This document shows, piece by piece, positions 31,101 to 41,297 of a DNA stretch of 62,970 nucleotides. The stretch lies in assembly GCA_050012255.1 (NCBI GenBank), contig JBEKHN010000014.1, positions 1-62,970 on the forward strand, in the 5' to 3' direction. Origin of the DNA: Candidatus Bathyarchaeia archaeon. Lineage in GTDB: Archaea; Thermoproteota; Bathyarchaeia; Bathyarchaeales; Bathycorpusculaceae. The notes under the pieces are model-generated. The model was not told the origin of the DNA and did not search any database. It saw only the letters and a list, made by a program, of their open reading frames with translations. The translations under genes were made by a program, and so were the position numbers. Each line of letters opens with the position of its first letter. Position 1 is the stretch's first letter.

Positions 31101-31238
31101 TAGCGTTCAGTAGACCTAGGTCTACATAGTAAGGGTACCCCTACCAAGACCCCGATTCTCAAAAACAAATCGGGGAAGATGCGGGAGAAATAGCGAGCTT
31201 TTAGCGGTTTTTTCTACGGTTAGCGCGCGCCTATTTTG

Positions 31239-31943
31239 TTACTTTAGGATTTTCCATACTGCTGCTGCCAAGAGTCCACCGATTATGGGAGCTACCCAGA
31301 ACAACCAAAGCTGGCTAAGTGCCGTGCCGCCGACGATGACTGCGGGACCTAAGCTTCTAGCAGGGTTAACCGATGTGCCAGTTATGGGTATTCCCACAAG
31401 GTGAATAAGCGTTAGGCTTAACCCGATGGCTATTCCAGCAAATCCTTTCGGCGCGTTCTGGCTTGTTGCGCCGAAAACGACAAGAAGGAATATGAATGTT
31501 AACACGACTTCAGCAATGAACGCGGCAGTCATGGAGTAACCAGCTGGAGAAGCTACACCATACCCGTTTTGTCCCAGACCATTACTCGCTAAGCTGTAAG
31601 CGGGGTTACCGATAGCGATCCAGTAAAGTAGCCCTGCACCAATTACGGCGCCTATGCACTGGAAAACTACGTATCCTACAGTATCTTTGACGCTTAATTT
31701 ACCAGCAGCCAACATGGAGATTGAAATAGCGGGGTTTATGTGGCAGCCAGAGATGCCTCCAATCGCGTAAACCATCACGAGCACAGCTAAACCAAAAGCT
31801 AAAGCAATGCCTACAGTGCCGTTACCGCCTAAGCTCGAAAAGTTTTTGCCTGCAATCACGGCGCTTCCGCAGCCCATCAACACCAGCACCATTGTCCCGA
31901 CGAGTTCAGCAGTGTATTTCTTGAATGGACTAATTCCACTCAC
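31239..31943 (-). CDS. aqpZ: Aquaporin Z (MIP family)
   Basis: AELVGT, ISGCHINPA, TSVNPARS, LWLFWVAP. Confidence 0.95.
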   Translation of the reverse strand: MSGISPFKKYTAELVGTMVLVLMGCGSAVIAGKNFSSLGGNGTVGIALAFGLAVLVMVYAIGGISGCHINPAISISMLAAGKLSVKDTVGYVVFQCIGAVIGAGLLYWIAIGNPAYSLASNGLGQNGYGVASPAGYSMTAAFIAEVVLTFIFLLVVFGATSQNAPKGFAGIAIGLSLTLIHLVGIPITGTSVNPARSLGPAVIVGGTALSQLWLFWVAPIIGGLLAAAVWKILK

Positions 31944-32176
31944 GCTAATACCTCGTACAATGTGTTCAACCTAAGAGGTTTTAAATGTAACCCAGCGCAC
32001 GTGTGGCGAATCCGTTTAACTTATTGGTTAAATTTCGCCTTCTGTCATGTAACTACTCGCACGGTCAAAAAAGCGAGAGTTACTCGCTGTTTCGGGAGGA
32101 GTCGGTCCTGTGATGAGTGATTTCCGTTCTGAATCTTGCCTTCGCAAGAGTGTGCGCGTTGGATGGAGGCTTGTTT

Positions 32177-32536
32177 CTACCTTTCGTCTAGCCAGCATAC
32201 TCTCCATTCGGAGATGCGGGCACCGCGTATTTTTGCTGTCCACATGTTTGGACCATCGAGAGGTTTGAAAGAGCACGTGGAGTAGCCAACCATAACGACA
32301 ACATTGCCTTGAATTGTTACAGAGGTGAATATGTTTCTGTAATCCGGGTATTTCTTGAAGAACTCTCTCCAACCCTCTTTCACAACGTTTTTGCCTTTAG
32401 TCGTCTCTCCTTTGTTGTTTGCTATGACTATGAGGGTGTGGTCATCGGTCATTAATTCAGCTAAGCCTTCTAAGTCTCGCTGGTTAATTCTTTCATCGAA
32501 CCTCAAAGCAGTCAACATTAACTTTGAAGAATCCAT
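32177..32536 (-). CDS. NTF2/SnoaL-like protein
   Basis: IN.RDLEGLAELMTDDH..GK..W..FF..YPDY..ISEWRV. Confidence 0.75.
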   Translation of the reverse strand: MDSSKLMLTALRFDERINQRDLEGLAELMTDDHTLIVIANNKGETTKGKNVVKEGWREFFKKYPDYRNIFTSVTIQGNVVVMVGYSTCSFKPLDGPNMWTAKIRGARISEWRVCWLDER

Positions 32537-32661
32537 TTCGATTTGAAAATAAAAATCAGTCAATTTAAGCCTTTGCATTTTCGGTTCTGTTAACTCTTAG
32601 GGGTATTGGGAAAAGCTAAATACAACTTTCCATTAAACAACAGATTGAAGGGTAAAGAGAA

Positions 32662-32970
32662 ATGAAGAAGATTCTGCAGATAGATTTTAAGTTCAAGGCG
32701 ACAAGACCACAGGTTGAGCAAGTCTTTCTACAAGGTGCCCAACCCATCGCAAACGTCAAGGGGCTTCTATGGAAGGTCTGGCTTATGAATGAGGCTGAAA
32801 AATCAGCAGGTGGAATCTACCTGTTTAAAGACGATGCCTCAGTAGAGGCGTACCTGAAAGGAGAAATCATTGCAGCGACAAAGAACAATCCAGCCGTGAG
32901 TGATATCGAAGTAAAAGTATTCGACATACTACCTGAACCCACAAAGATTACTCGTGGTCCTGTAGACTGA
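32662..32970 (+). CDS. YdhR-family putative monooxygenase
   Basis: GLLWKVWL.NE..AGGIYLF..A..YL..KVFD..T.ITRGP. Confidence 0.85.
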   Translation: MKKILQIDFKFKATRPQVEQVFLQGAQPIANVKGLLWKVWLMNEAEKSAGGIYLFKDDASVEAYLKGEIIAATKNNPAVSDIEVKVFDILPEPTKITRGPVD

Positions 32971-33260
32971 CATAACTCTAAGAAACAACAACCTTCCCAT
33001 TTTTCACAGAAGTCTTTATTCTTCCATTTTGAATTGTGCTAATAATTCAGGAAAATCTTCCATCATTCAAGTCCCGAAGAGTTAACAAAAGCGCATTTTC
33101 TGCTGCAACATTCCTCTACCACTCTTTTCAAGCCAGTTTGACCCTTGGAGTTTAGCTTTTTTCCGTTCTACGCTTTCGACATATTTTTTCTAAGCCAGTT
33201 TTGGTTTTGCGGAAAAGTTATAGCAGAACCGAAGGATACCGTGTGGATTGGTGAATTCAG

Positions 33261-33467
33261 TTGAAGAATAATGAGTGCACAATCTACATCACAACTAAAC
33301 ATGGCTATATACAAAGATACCATAAAGAGAAAAATGGTTGGACACAAACCAATCCAAACAGTAAAGTTCGGCTACTTAGTGCAGAGCAATTATTATCACA
33401 CATCTTGCCATCCCTTGCTGGGATTGGACCTCTCAGCGTTAGGGTAGAACCAGATAAACAAACCTAA
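33261..33467 (+). CDS. Hypothetical protein (68 aa)
   Basis: GGTGA SD; shares its leader sequence with the next gene. Confidence 0.55.
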   Translation: MKNNECTIYITTKHGYIQRYHKEKNGWTQTNPNSKVRLLSAEQLLSHILPSLAGIGPLSVRVEPDKQT

Positions 33468-33512
33468 TGATGTTGCGGAAAAGTTAATGCTGAACCGACT
33501 TGACTATTTGGA

Positions 33513-34064
33513 TTGGTGTTCGGATTGCTTGAAGGTAAGAATGTAAATCTGAGGGTAATGGAGAAAGAGGACTTACCACTAATTACAGAATGGTGTAACA
33601 ACATTGAATTCGGCGGTGAATATCTTAGGCCGTTGCAGATGTCTAGGGCTGAGATTGAGAAGTCAGGCGAGAGTACCCTTTTCGAAACGAAGGTTTTTAT
33701 CATCGAGAAGAAAGACGGAAGCAAAATTGGTCACATTTGGCATTTTAACATGCTTGCACCCTATGCGAAAATGCAGGAAATAGGATATGGTCTTGTTCCA
33801 AGTGAGAGAGGGAAGGGCTACTGCACCGAAGCTACGCAGTTAATGGTAGATTATCTGTTTCTTTCGAAGGACATTGCTCGAATACAAGCAACTACTCACA
33901 CCAAAAATGTAGCTTCTCAGAAGGTTCTAGAAAAAGTTGGGTTTAAAAGAGAAGGCACTTTGAGAAAACTCGCTCTAATCAGAGGAGAAAAGACAGACAT
34001 GTTCATCTTCAGCATCCTCAGAGAAGAATGGAAAGAACCAAAAATACTAACAAAAACCGCTTGA
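33513..34064 (+). CDS. RimJ/RimL-type GNAT acetyltransferase
   Basis: EIGYGL..RGKGYCTEA, N.ASQKVLEKVGF..EG.LR. Confidence 0.9.
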   Translation: MVFGLLEGKNVNLRVMEKEDLPLITEWCNNIEFGGEYLRPLQMSRAEIEKSGESTLFETKVFIIEKKDGSKIGHIWHFNMLAPYAKMQEIGYGLVPSERGKGYCTEATQLMVDYLFLSKDIARIQATTHTKNVASQKVLEKVGFKREGTLRKLALIRGEKTDMFIFSILREEWKEPKILTKTA

Positions 34065-34098
34065 AGCAGAATCTTATCTTGAGTGGAACTGGCACTTG

Positions 34099-34260
34099 AT
34101 GGAAGTTTTTCTATTGATTATATTGGCATTTCTTTGTGTTGCTTATTCTTGGACTCGGCATAAGTGGATGCCAAAAGAACTAGAAAACCTTCGTAAGGGT
34201 TTCCCTAAACCTAAAGAGTCAAGAAAACCTAAGGAAGAAAAACCAAATCAAGGTTCTTGA
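34099..34260 (+). CDS. 53-aa single-TM protein with a Lys-rich tail
   Basis: MEVFLLIILAFLCVAYSW...KPKESRKPKEEK; not in the ORF track. Confidence 0.4.
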   Translation: MEVFLLIILAFLCVAYSWTRHKWMPKELENLRKGFPKPKESRKPKEEKPNQGS

Positions 34261-34438
34261 CTAATCACATGATTAATTTCATTCATTCGGTATATCAGTG
34301 ATGTTTCAAAAACCCGCTATTTGGCGGGAATTTCGGGAGATGTCGCTCACTCTAGCAGCGTTTCAACCAACAAGCCAGACTTTCCCACCTACTGGCCCAC
34401 TCTGCAGTGTTTTGAGTATCGTGTTTTTCTACGGTCTG

Positions 34439-34861
34439 TTACTTGCTTCTTCGCAGAAGAATGGACATCTGGACTTCCACTATTTTGCCTTCTCTCCAGA
34501 TGTCTTTCTGAAAAACGTATTTGCCATCTAAGAGGTATAATCGAAAGTCGTACACAAGATCGTCATGGGTTCCTCTGACTGAAACGAAATTTCCTTTCTT
34601 CACGCCTTCGGCAGAAAAATCCCTCTGGGACAAGACCACCTTGTTGCCCACTAGTCTTATGACCATGTCCCTTGTAACATCTTGCCCCTTGTCAACTCCC
34701 AGAGCCGTGATACTGAGTGTTTCAGAGTCCTTGATCTTCATTATCTCCCTGTATTCTTCCACTTTAACCTCATGGTTAGGGGTGACAGTAACGTCTCTCG
34801 TCACCCAAGTTCCCTTCAAAAACTCGACTATTTCGTTCGCTCTGCTTTTATCTTCTGTCAA
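34439..34861 (-). CDS. Hypothetical beta-rich protein
   Basis: 140-aa ORF with an upstream SD-like site. Confidence 0.6.
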   Translation of the reverse strand: MTEDKSRANEIVEFLKGTWVTRDVTVTPNHEVKVEEYREIMKIKDSETLSITALGVDKGQDVTRDMVIRLVGNKVVLSQRDFSAEGVKKGNFVSVRGTHDDLVYDFRLYLLDGKYVFQKDIWREGKIVEVQMSILLRRSK

Positions 34862-34948
34862 ATCAAAAGCCCCTACCTGTATTTAATAGGCAACATTTTC
34901 ATAAAAACATTGCAGCAAGACCTGTCCTCAGATTGTTTCGCGCGGATG

Positions 34949-35024
34949 TATCGGTAATGTATTTATGAGTGGCGAGTTACCGATATATCGGTAACCTATT
35001 TAAATGCAAAGAGTTACCGATATA
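34949..35024 (+). promoter_or_regulatory. Operator: perfect 20-bp palindrome GTTACCGATATATCGGTAAC plus two further half-sites around a TATA box
   Basis: Palindrome at 34976-34995; half-sites at 34949-34957 and 35013-35024; TTTAAAT at 34999. Confidence 0.7.
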
Positions 35025-35038
35025 CTGCGGGTGTAGAC

Positions 35039-35638
35039 GTGAAAACCAGAGGCGTAATTCGAGAACGTGTGATACGTGTGCTCCTCAACGAGCCAGAAGG
35101 TACACTCACAAAGTATAGACTGGCCAAAAAAGCAGAGTGCTCATTTCCTTGGCTTCATGAGTTCCTAGGCAAGCTAGAAGAGTCAAAATTCGTGAAAGAC
35201 ACGGAAGTCACAGACTATTCTGGTCTTGTGAAGTACTGGCTCAGTGTCAAAGCCAAACCTCAAAAGCAGGAGTACATGTGCAAAGACCCAATCAGCCTAA
35301 TCAAAAAAGCCCAACTACCATATGCACTTACAACATACCAAGCAGAGAACCTGGTTCAGCACTACCTATTCCCTTCGCGAACCGACTTCTATGTCAAGAC
35401 CGAAGACAAACAAAAATGGCACGACATAACAATTATTGAAGGCCTCGTTGGAAAAGGCAACATGAGACTGCTCACAACCGATTCTCACGTTTTCTATAAC
35501 TCGTTCAAGCGGCAAGACTTGGAAATTGTGTCTGTGCCACAGCTAATCGTTGACCTGTTCGAAGAAGGCGGCGTATGCACGGAAGCCGCAGAAAAACTTC
35601 TTGAAAAAGTGACGGAACATGCTGTACGAGCCCAGTGA
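35039..35638 (+). CDS. wHTH AbiEi-like antitoxin/regulator
   Basis: YRLAKKAECSFPW HTH, YALTTYQAE, VSVPQLIVDL..GG..EAAE. Confidence 0.7.
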   Translation: MKTRGVIRERVIRVLLNEPEGTLTKYRLAKKAECSFPWLHEFLGKLEESKFVKDTEVTDYSGLVKYWLSVKAKPQKQEYMCKDPISLIKKAQLPYALTTYQAENLVQHYLFPSRTDFYVKTEDKQKWHDITIIEGLVGKGNMRLLTTDSHVFYNSFKRQDLEIVSVPQLIVDLFEEGGVCTEAAEKLLEKVTEHAVRAQ

Positions 35639-35777
35639 AACAAAGACTTCTCAGAAACAACTGAAACAGATCTTCAAATCGCTCAAAGACCCAGCCGGCC
35701 TTCTAGGAGGATGGGCAGTCTACCACATCGTGAACAAAAACTTCGAAAAGGCCAATGGAAGATCTGCACTGAGATGA
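35619..35777 (+). pseudogene. Truncated nucleotidyltransferase toxin (52 aa)
   Basis: LLGGWAVY motif; stops before the expected DxD. Confidence 0.6.
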
Positions 35778-35956
35778 TCAGAATGCAAATCACATATTTC
35801 AGAAAAAGCACGTGTTAGTTGCTCACATTTGCTCATATTTGAGTTAACCATTCTTTGTGCTTCTCCACTTTTCCAGCCTACGTCGTTAGGCAATTCGTTA
35901 ACCGGCATCAGAGGGCTGTTTTTCCATGCAAAACGGTGAATATCTTATGAGGAACC

Positions 35957-37249
35957 TTGTTCAACCTTGTACGGTGCGTAAGCTTGGGAAAAGATGAGTC
36001 GAGGGGCCGCATCCGCCATGGACGAAGGCTTCAAAGGTTTTCACGTCTTTTTTCGAAGGCAGGCCTCTCTGGTTTGTCCTCTCAGGTTTACATCTTGGTT
36101 TTTCTGGGCTTCCTCTTCTCGCTTGGAAGGAACATTTCCTTTTCTTATCTTGCCATGTTCTTGGCTGGGAAAACTCAGAGCGGCGGATTAGCATTTGACC
36201 CTTCGCTTGTCGGCCTGATGCTGACGATAGGCGGACTCACAAGCATTTTCGCTCTTCCAGCGGCAGGGCACCTGTGTGACAGGTTTGGGCGAAAAAGAAT
36301 AATGCTGTTCTCACTGGTTCCACAGGTTGCGCTGACCGTTGGCTTCGCGTACGCTCGCGCTTATGCAGAGTTCCTGTTACTTTTCACAGCTCTGTCGATC
36401 GTGATGGCGCTTTACCAACCCGCTCACAGCGCGATGATCGCAGACCTGGTTGAGCCGGAGAAAAGAGAGCACGCTTACGGTCTTGACTACATGATCGGCA
36501 ACGTCGGCTTCATGGTCGGATTGCCCATCGGAGGCTTGATCGCAAGCACAAGCGGATTCTCTGTGCTCTACTTCTACTGCGCTGTTCTTGTGGGTGCAGC
36601 GGCAGCTGGCGTCAGCTTGCTGATCAGAGAATCAAAGCCTGAACAGGGCCGCAATGCGCCATCATATGATGTTGCTTCAGTGTTCCGAGACAAGGTCTTC
36701 ATGCTCTTCTGCCTCATGATGTCCTTGACGAACTTCCTCTACGTGCAGTTCTACAGCCTGCTCTCCGTCTACACCGAACACCTCGGCTTCGAACCGTACG
36801 TCTTTGGCACTCTCTCCGCGATAGCTGGCGCCATGGTTGTAACGCTCCAAATCCCCATCAGGCTGGGCACAGTGCGAATAGGTCCCGCAAAAGCCTTCAT
36901 TATCGCTCAGACATTCTTTGCCGCCGGATTCACCTGTTTCATGGTTGCCTCGAACTTCATCGAATTCCTGGCAGCCATTGCCGTTCTGACGCTGGGGGAA
37001 ATAATCTTCTACCCAGCGGCTTCGGCTTTTGCCGCTAATCTTGCACCAGGAGACATGCGGGGAAGATACATTGCCGTGATGGGACTGTTCTCAGGAATAG
37101 GAGGTTCAACGGCTTCAATCACAGTCTTTAGCATTTACGGAATGTTGGTCAACAAAAACGTGGTATGGGGCATATGGGGAGCCTTCGGGTTTGCGGTTCT
37201 TCCGGGCTATTTTCTGCTGTCTAAAGTCACCAAGAACCACAAGAACTAG
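35957..37249 (+). CDS. MFS transporter
   Basis: GHLCDRFGRK motif A, about 12 TM segments. Confidence 0.9.
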   Translation: MFNLVRCVSLGKDESRGRIRHGRRLQRFSRLFSKAGLSGLSSQVYILVFLGFLFSLGRNISFSYLAMFLAGKTQSGGLAFDPSLVGLMLTIGGLTSIFALPAAGHLCDRFGRKRIMLFSLVPQVALTVGFAYARAYAEFLLLFTALSIVMALYQPAHSAMIADLVEPEKREHAYGLDYMIGNVGFMVGLPIGGLIASTSGFSVLYFYCAVLVGAAAAGVSLLIRESKPEQGRNAPSYDVASVFRDKVFMLFCLMMSLTNFLYVQFYSLLSVYTEHLGFEPYVFGTLSAIAGAMVVTLQIPIRLGTVRIGPAKAFIIAQTFFAAGFTCFMVASNFIEFLAAIAVLTLGEIIFYPAASAFAANLAPGDMRGRYIAVMGLFSGIGGSTASITVFSIYGMLVNKNVVWGIWGAFGFAVLPGYFLLSKVTKNHKN

Positions 37250-37596
37250 TAACGTAGACGATGGTGGTTCCACTTGTTACATTTCATGGACTTTCCAGCA
37301 TTGCCATAAGCAGCTTCAAGTTACAGTTTGTTACAAAAACGTTGCCGTCAAAAAAACGCTATAGATCTCGAATAGTTTTACTGATAGATAAATCTGTTGG
37401 AGAACCACATGCACCAGCCAAATCCATTAAAACATATTGCACTACAACGCATTTTCCAGTTTTGGGTTTTGGGATGAAACTTTACCCCAAACCAACCAAC
37501 AACAAGACTTTGCTCCCTTACGCGTTCGTCTGCGGAAGAAAACCTATTTGTGGCAAGATAGCGTAGAATGGTCTTTGAGGGAGGTTACAATGCAGC

Positions 37597-38061
37597 TTGC
37601 GAAAGACAATCAGAATCCGTCAAGCGACCAAGAAGGACATCTCGACCATCAGCAAGACATTAACGGAATGGCTAGATTGGAAAGTCCCTAGAGAATTGTC
37701 AATCAAGCGGGCTATGGAAAACAAGGAACTACTTGTGGCTGACCGAAAAGGCACGGTCATAGGTTTTGTTCACTACGTAATGCATGAAGACGTAGTTGAT
37801 GGTGGTTTGAACGCTTTCATCACGTGCTTCTATGTCGCTCCAGAATTCCGTAACCAGAGAATCGGCTCTCTCCTTCTTGACAGAGCAATAGACGATGCTG
37901 TAAGGAAGGGAGCAGTCGGAATCGAGACATCTACAGCTAGTCCTGACGCACGACGACTCTATGAAAGACACGGTTTTAAGCAATTCATGGGCAAATGGAC
38001 AATGGGGGAAGTCTTCCTCGAATTGGACATGGAAAAAAAGTCACTTAAAAAGCGTCGATAG
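37597..38061 (+). CDS. GNAT acetyltransferase
   Basis: FYVAPEFRNQRIGSLL, ARRLYERHGF. Confidence 0.85.
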   Translation: MRKTIRIRQATKKDISTISKTLTEWLDWKVPRELSIKRAMENKELLVADRKGTVIGFVHYVMHEDVVDGGLNAFITCFYVAPEFRNQRIGSLLLDRAIDDAVRKGAVGIETSTASPDARRLYERHGFKQFMGKWTMGEVFLELDMEKKSLKKRR

Positions 38062-38269
38062 GCGTGCGCTTTAGCGCATATTGAGACTTCTGCATAATTG
38101 AATTCCCATGCTTAACGTCAAAACTCTGCAAGACTAGTTCTGCCATTATCGACAGAAACTGCTCTGGGTCAAGGCAGGAATACTATGACTGCAAAGGCCG
38201 TAGACCACGCCTAGTTAGCTTTTTAAGGCCTGCTAACTTGATCAAGCTCAATACTGGGTTGGATGTCGT

Positions 38270-39841
38270 ATGGATGATCATTTTTTCGCGGGTTTCGCCG
38301 CTCATGCACACACATTGAACGAGCTGGAGACTGACCCACAAAGAGAGTTGGAGCTGAGAAAAAGAAACGGTCCAGAAGAAGCCCAGAAACTAATCGGAAC
38401 GGGTCTTGACAAGCTTGAAACAGACCTTCTGAAAAGCGACTGCAGTCTCGAAGATGTGAAACTGTTGATCTTGTACCTGAGTTACAGAGGGGAACCTGCA
38501 GAGAAGGACGCCCTGATACGTGAATCAATTCTTAGAGCAATAGGAGACAGATTCAAGAAACACGCTGCAGACCAGCTCAGATTCATCGGTCACACGACTG
38601 GTGGAGAATTAGAAAATGAGGACCTTGAACTGAAGGAGATTTCGGGAATAGGCTACAACGGTTTGTCTCTCTTAGCTCTGGCCACGGACCTTCCGATAGG
38701 CGTGGGACGAACTTGGGGTCTTCGAACGCCACAGGAAGCAGGGGAGCAGGGGAGGGAAATGACGCGTGACGCATGGGTCGACTTCACTCAGCAGACCGCT
38801 AGCAAAGAGCATCTTCACATGGGAAAGACTCTGCTTGTGCTGACTCAAGGGTCGAAGGTTGACACTCCAGGTTACGAACATTTCTTGGCGGAGGGAATCG
38901 CCAATTTCATGGGCAGCACTCGGGAGGCAAGGATAATGAACGTGATAGGCGGAAGCAGCGGTGATGGACTGACTGCCAAGCTTTGTCATCAGTTCTATGG
39001 GAGGCTGAAAGAGCATTCACAGTTGAAAGTCCTTAATGGAGAAGCCGTTTGTGCCTTGATTCCCAACCTGTGTGAAACCTCTTTCGGCCTAGATGTGAAC
39101 GCCATAACGAGAATTGGAAGACAACACACATTTCATTTCAACAGCGAGAAGGAACCTCGCTTCAAGTACGTCAAACGCATCGGCAACGAAGATCCCCTCA
39201 CTAAGTGTGCCAAAGTGATCTATGAAAACGAAGTTCAACTATCCAAAGAAAAAAGCCTTCCAACAGTCGATAAGGAAACAATTCAGGAAGCAATACGACT
39301 CTCTCAAGCACAGAAAAGGTTACTGATATTCAATCCTGTTGTGGCCAGATACGCCTTTGCCTTCCCTTTTGACAACTATGCTTGTGTTGCCGGCATGCGA
39401 ATGGTAGGAGAAGATATTGAACTCATGTTTCCAATCCGAAGCTACACGCCTGAGATGCCTGGCTACTTTGTCATAGGCGATTGTGAGAAGGTGCAGAAAG
39501 GTGCTCGCCGCGTGTACGATATGCTGAGAGAAGACCAAGGCTTCAGCAGAAACGATGCCACCATCCTCGTTTCCTGCATTAACAGAAGAATGGTTGAGCT
39601 GATGGCTGGATGCAGGTCGGGAACTGAGGCTGAGATATTGAAAGAAGGGCTTTCATCAACACAGGTAATAGGATTCTTGGCATACGGCGAACTGTCATTC
39701 ACTCATCTTATCCAGGAGCCTTACATTCATGCCTTCAGCTGCTGGGGAATCACTCTTCATTCCAAAACTGCAAAGACCAAACCAAAGGAAAAGAAAAAGG
39801 AAGTAGGGATTAAGGGCTGGCTCAAAGGCCCCAAAGACTAA
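38270..39841 (+). CDS. FIST-domain (FIST_N + FIST_C) sensory protein
   Basis: IGGSSGD, SCINR, IGFLAYGE. Confidence 0.7.
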   Translation: MDDHFFAGFAAHAHTLNELETDPQRELELRKRNGPEEAQKLIGTGLDKLETDLLKSDCSLEDVKLLILYLSYRGEPAEKDALIRESILRAIGDRFKKHAADQLRFIGHTTGGELENEDLELKEISGIGYNGLSLLALATDLPIGVGRTWGLRTPQEAGEQGREMTRDAWVDFTQQTASKEHLHMGKTLLVLTQGSKVDTPGYEHFLAEGIANFMGSTREARIMNVIGGSSGDGLTAKLCHQFYGRLKEHSQLKVLNGEAVCALIPNLCETSFGLDVNAITRIGRQHTFHFNSEKEPRFKYVKRIGNEDPLTKCAKVIYENEVQLSKEKSLPTVDKETIQEAIRLSQAQKRLLIFNPVVARYAFAFPFDNYACVAGMRMVGEDIELMFPIRSYTPEMPGYFVIGDCEKVQKGARRVYDMLREDQGFSRNDATILVSCINRRMVELMAGCRSGTEAEILKEGLSSTQVIGFLAYGELSFTHLIQEPYIHAFSCWGITLHSKTAKTKPKEKKKEVGIKGWLKGPKD

Positions 39842-40165
39842 CCCTTACCTGCCCACTTGTCGTAGAGACGCGCGCAAAACGCAACTTCGACAAATTGAGC
39901 ATGAGGCATATGCTACATCCAATGTGTTTTTTCGTTCTCCATCGCCTCCACCTCTCCCCAAACGTCAAAAGCAAAACTTGTCAAGGCCCAATTCCAACCT
40001 TGTCGGATTACAACAAAAACGCCAGCCTTTTGCAGAAACCTTTCTGTTCTTTTCCTAAGCTGTTGCTCACGGCTTAGAATTCTTGGCCCTTCCACTGCGC
40101 TAGCAGGTGTGCTGCCTGCTTGTGCTTAGACTGTTAAAGTGGGGGGTTTTTGCGCAGTAGAGTTG

Positions 40166-40603
40166 TCATTCTTTTTTGACTTTCAGGAGCAGTTTCATTC
40201 CTTCGAGGAGAAATATCAGCATGGTCACTGCTGTTGTGACTGTGAGGAATACGAAGTCGAACCTTGGGGTTTCGGCTGCTGAAAGCCGTACAGCTATTAT
40301 GATGATTTCTGCGGTCAAGATGCCCAGGAAGAAGAAGGAGTAGAATATCAACCTGGGGACGAGGTTTCTTCCGACCCAGAGATGGCCCTTGATGCTGACC
40401 TTTTCTTTGACTGCGTATTGCCCATAGCTGTCTTTCTGTATAAACCCGAGATTCTCCAGTTTCTGCAGGTGCCTGTAAGCCACGCTGGGGCTGCTGAGTC
40501 CCAAGTCTCTCATAACGTCCCGTGGGCCTTGAGGCTTCCCCTTTCCCATCAGGTAGACGTACACCTTGAGGGTGGTGCCCTCAAGCTCTTCGTCAGCGTT
40601 CAG
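40166..40603 (-). CDS. Membrane-anchored winged-helix transcription regulator
   Basis: GTTLKVYVYL..GPRDVMRDLGLSSPSVAYRHLQKL plus two TM helices; CTG start inferred. Confidence 0.8.
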   Translation of the reverse strand: MNADEELEGTTLKVYVYLMGKGKPQGPRDVMRDLGLSSPSVAYRHLQKLENLGFIQKDSYGQYAVKEKVSIKGHLWVGRNLVPRLIFYSFFFLGILTAEIIIIAVRLSAAETPRFDFVFLTVTTAVTMLIFLLEGMKLLLKVKKE

Positions 40604-40607
40604 CCTG

Positions 40608-41297
40608 TCAACTCCTCGACTGGACGGACACGTCGAAGCCGTTGCCGATCTGTAACATCTGGTTTCCAGATATTAGAGCATTGTATAAGAACTCTCTGCC
40701 ATACGCTTGTAGCTGCACCTGCTTGACGCTTAATCCGACGGAATAGGCTCCTTCTCCATTAGGCTGGGCTTCAACGCGCCCGTACACGTAGATGGTTCCA
40801 CTCGTCAGTGACAGGTAGACCGTTTCAAAAACGTCGACCATTCCGGTCAGAGCGACCAGCCTAGACTCGTTAGGACTCCAGTACTGGTCCCAGCCGGGGT
40901 ACCATTTGACTGTTCGAACATCGTACACCACGGGGTTTTGCATCTGAGGGCCGCCGTTTTCGACGCGAATCATCGGGCCCGCGGCCGCTTCGAGCTCTTC
41001 GACGTACGCGAGTTTGTCAGAGCGGTTCGTGATGTTGAGCACGATGAGGTACGTGATATGATGGCGCATGTACTCCTGAGGGTTGCTGGCATTTCTCCAC
41101 AGACCCGAAATATTCTGGCTGAACACCTGATCGCCGAAATATGCGTACTTGACGTCCACAATCAATTCTATACTCGTCACCGGCCTCAGGTTTGAAACCA
41201 GAAGCGGAATGGAAAAGGCCAAACCGAGGAGAAGTGCGAGAACCCCGCCTAACATGAGCTTCAAACGAAGGTCCATGAGTCTTCGCCTAGTGAACAC
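40608..41297 (-). CDS. Hypothetical membrane-anchored/secreted protein
   Basis: N-terminal TM, beta-rich body; operonic with the regulator. Confidence 0.7.
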   Translation of the reverse strand: MFTRRRLMDLRLKLMLGGVLALLLGLAFSIPLLVSNLRPVTSIELIVDVKYAYFGDQVFSQNISGLWRNASNPQEYMRHHITYLIVLNITNRSDKLAYVEELEAAAGPMIRVENGGPQMQNPVVYDVRTVKWYPGWDQYWSPNESRLVALTGMVDVFETVYLSLTSGTIYVYGRVEAQPNGEGAYSVGLSVKQVQLQAYGREFLYNALISGNQMLQIGNGFDVSVQSRS

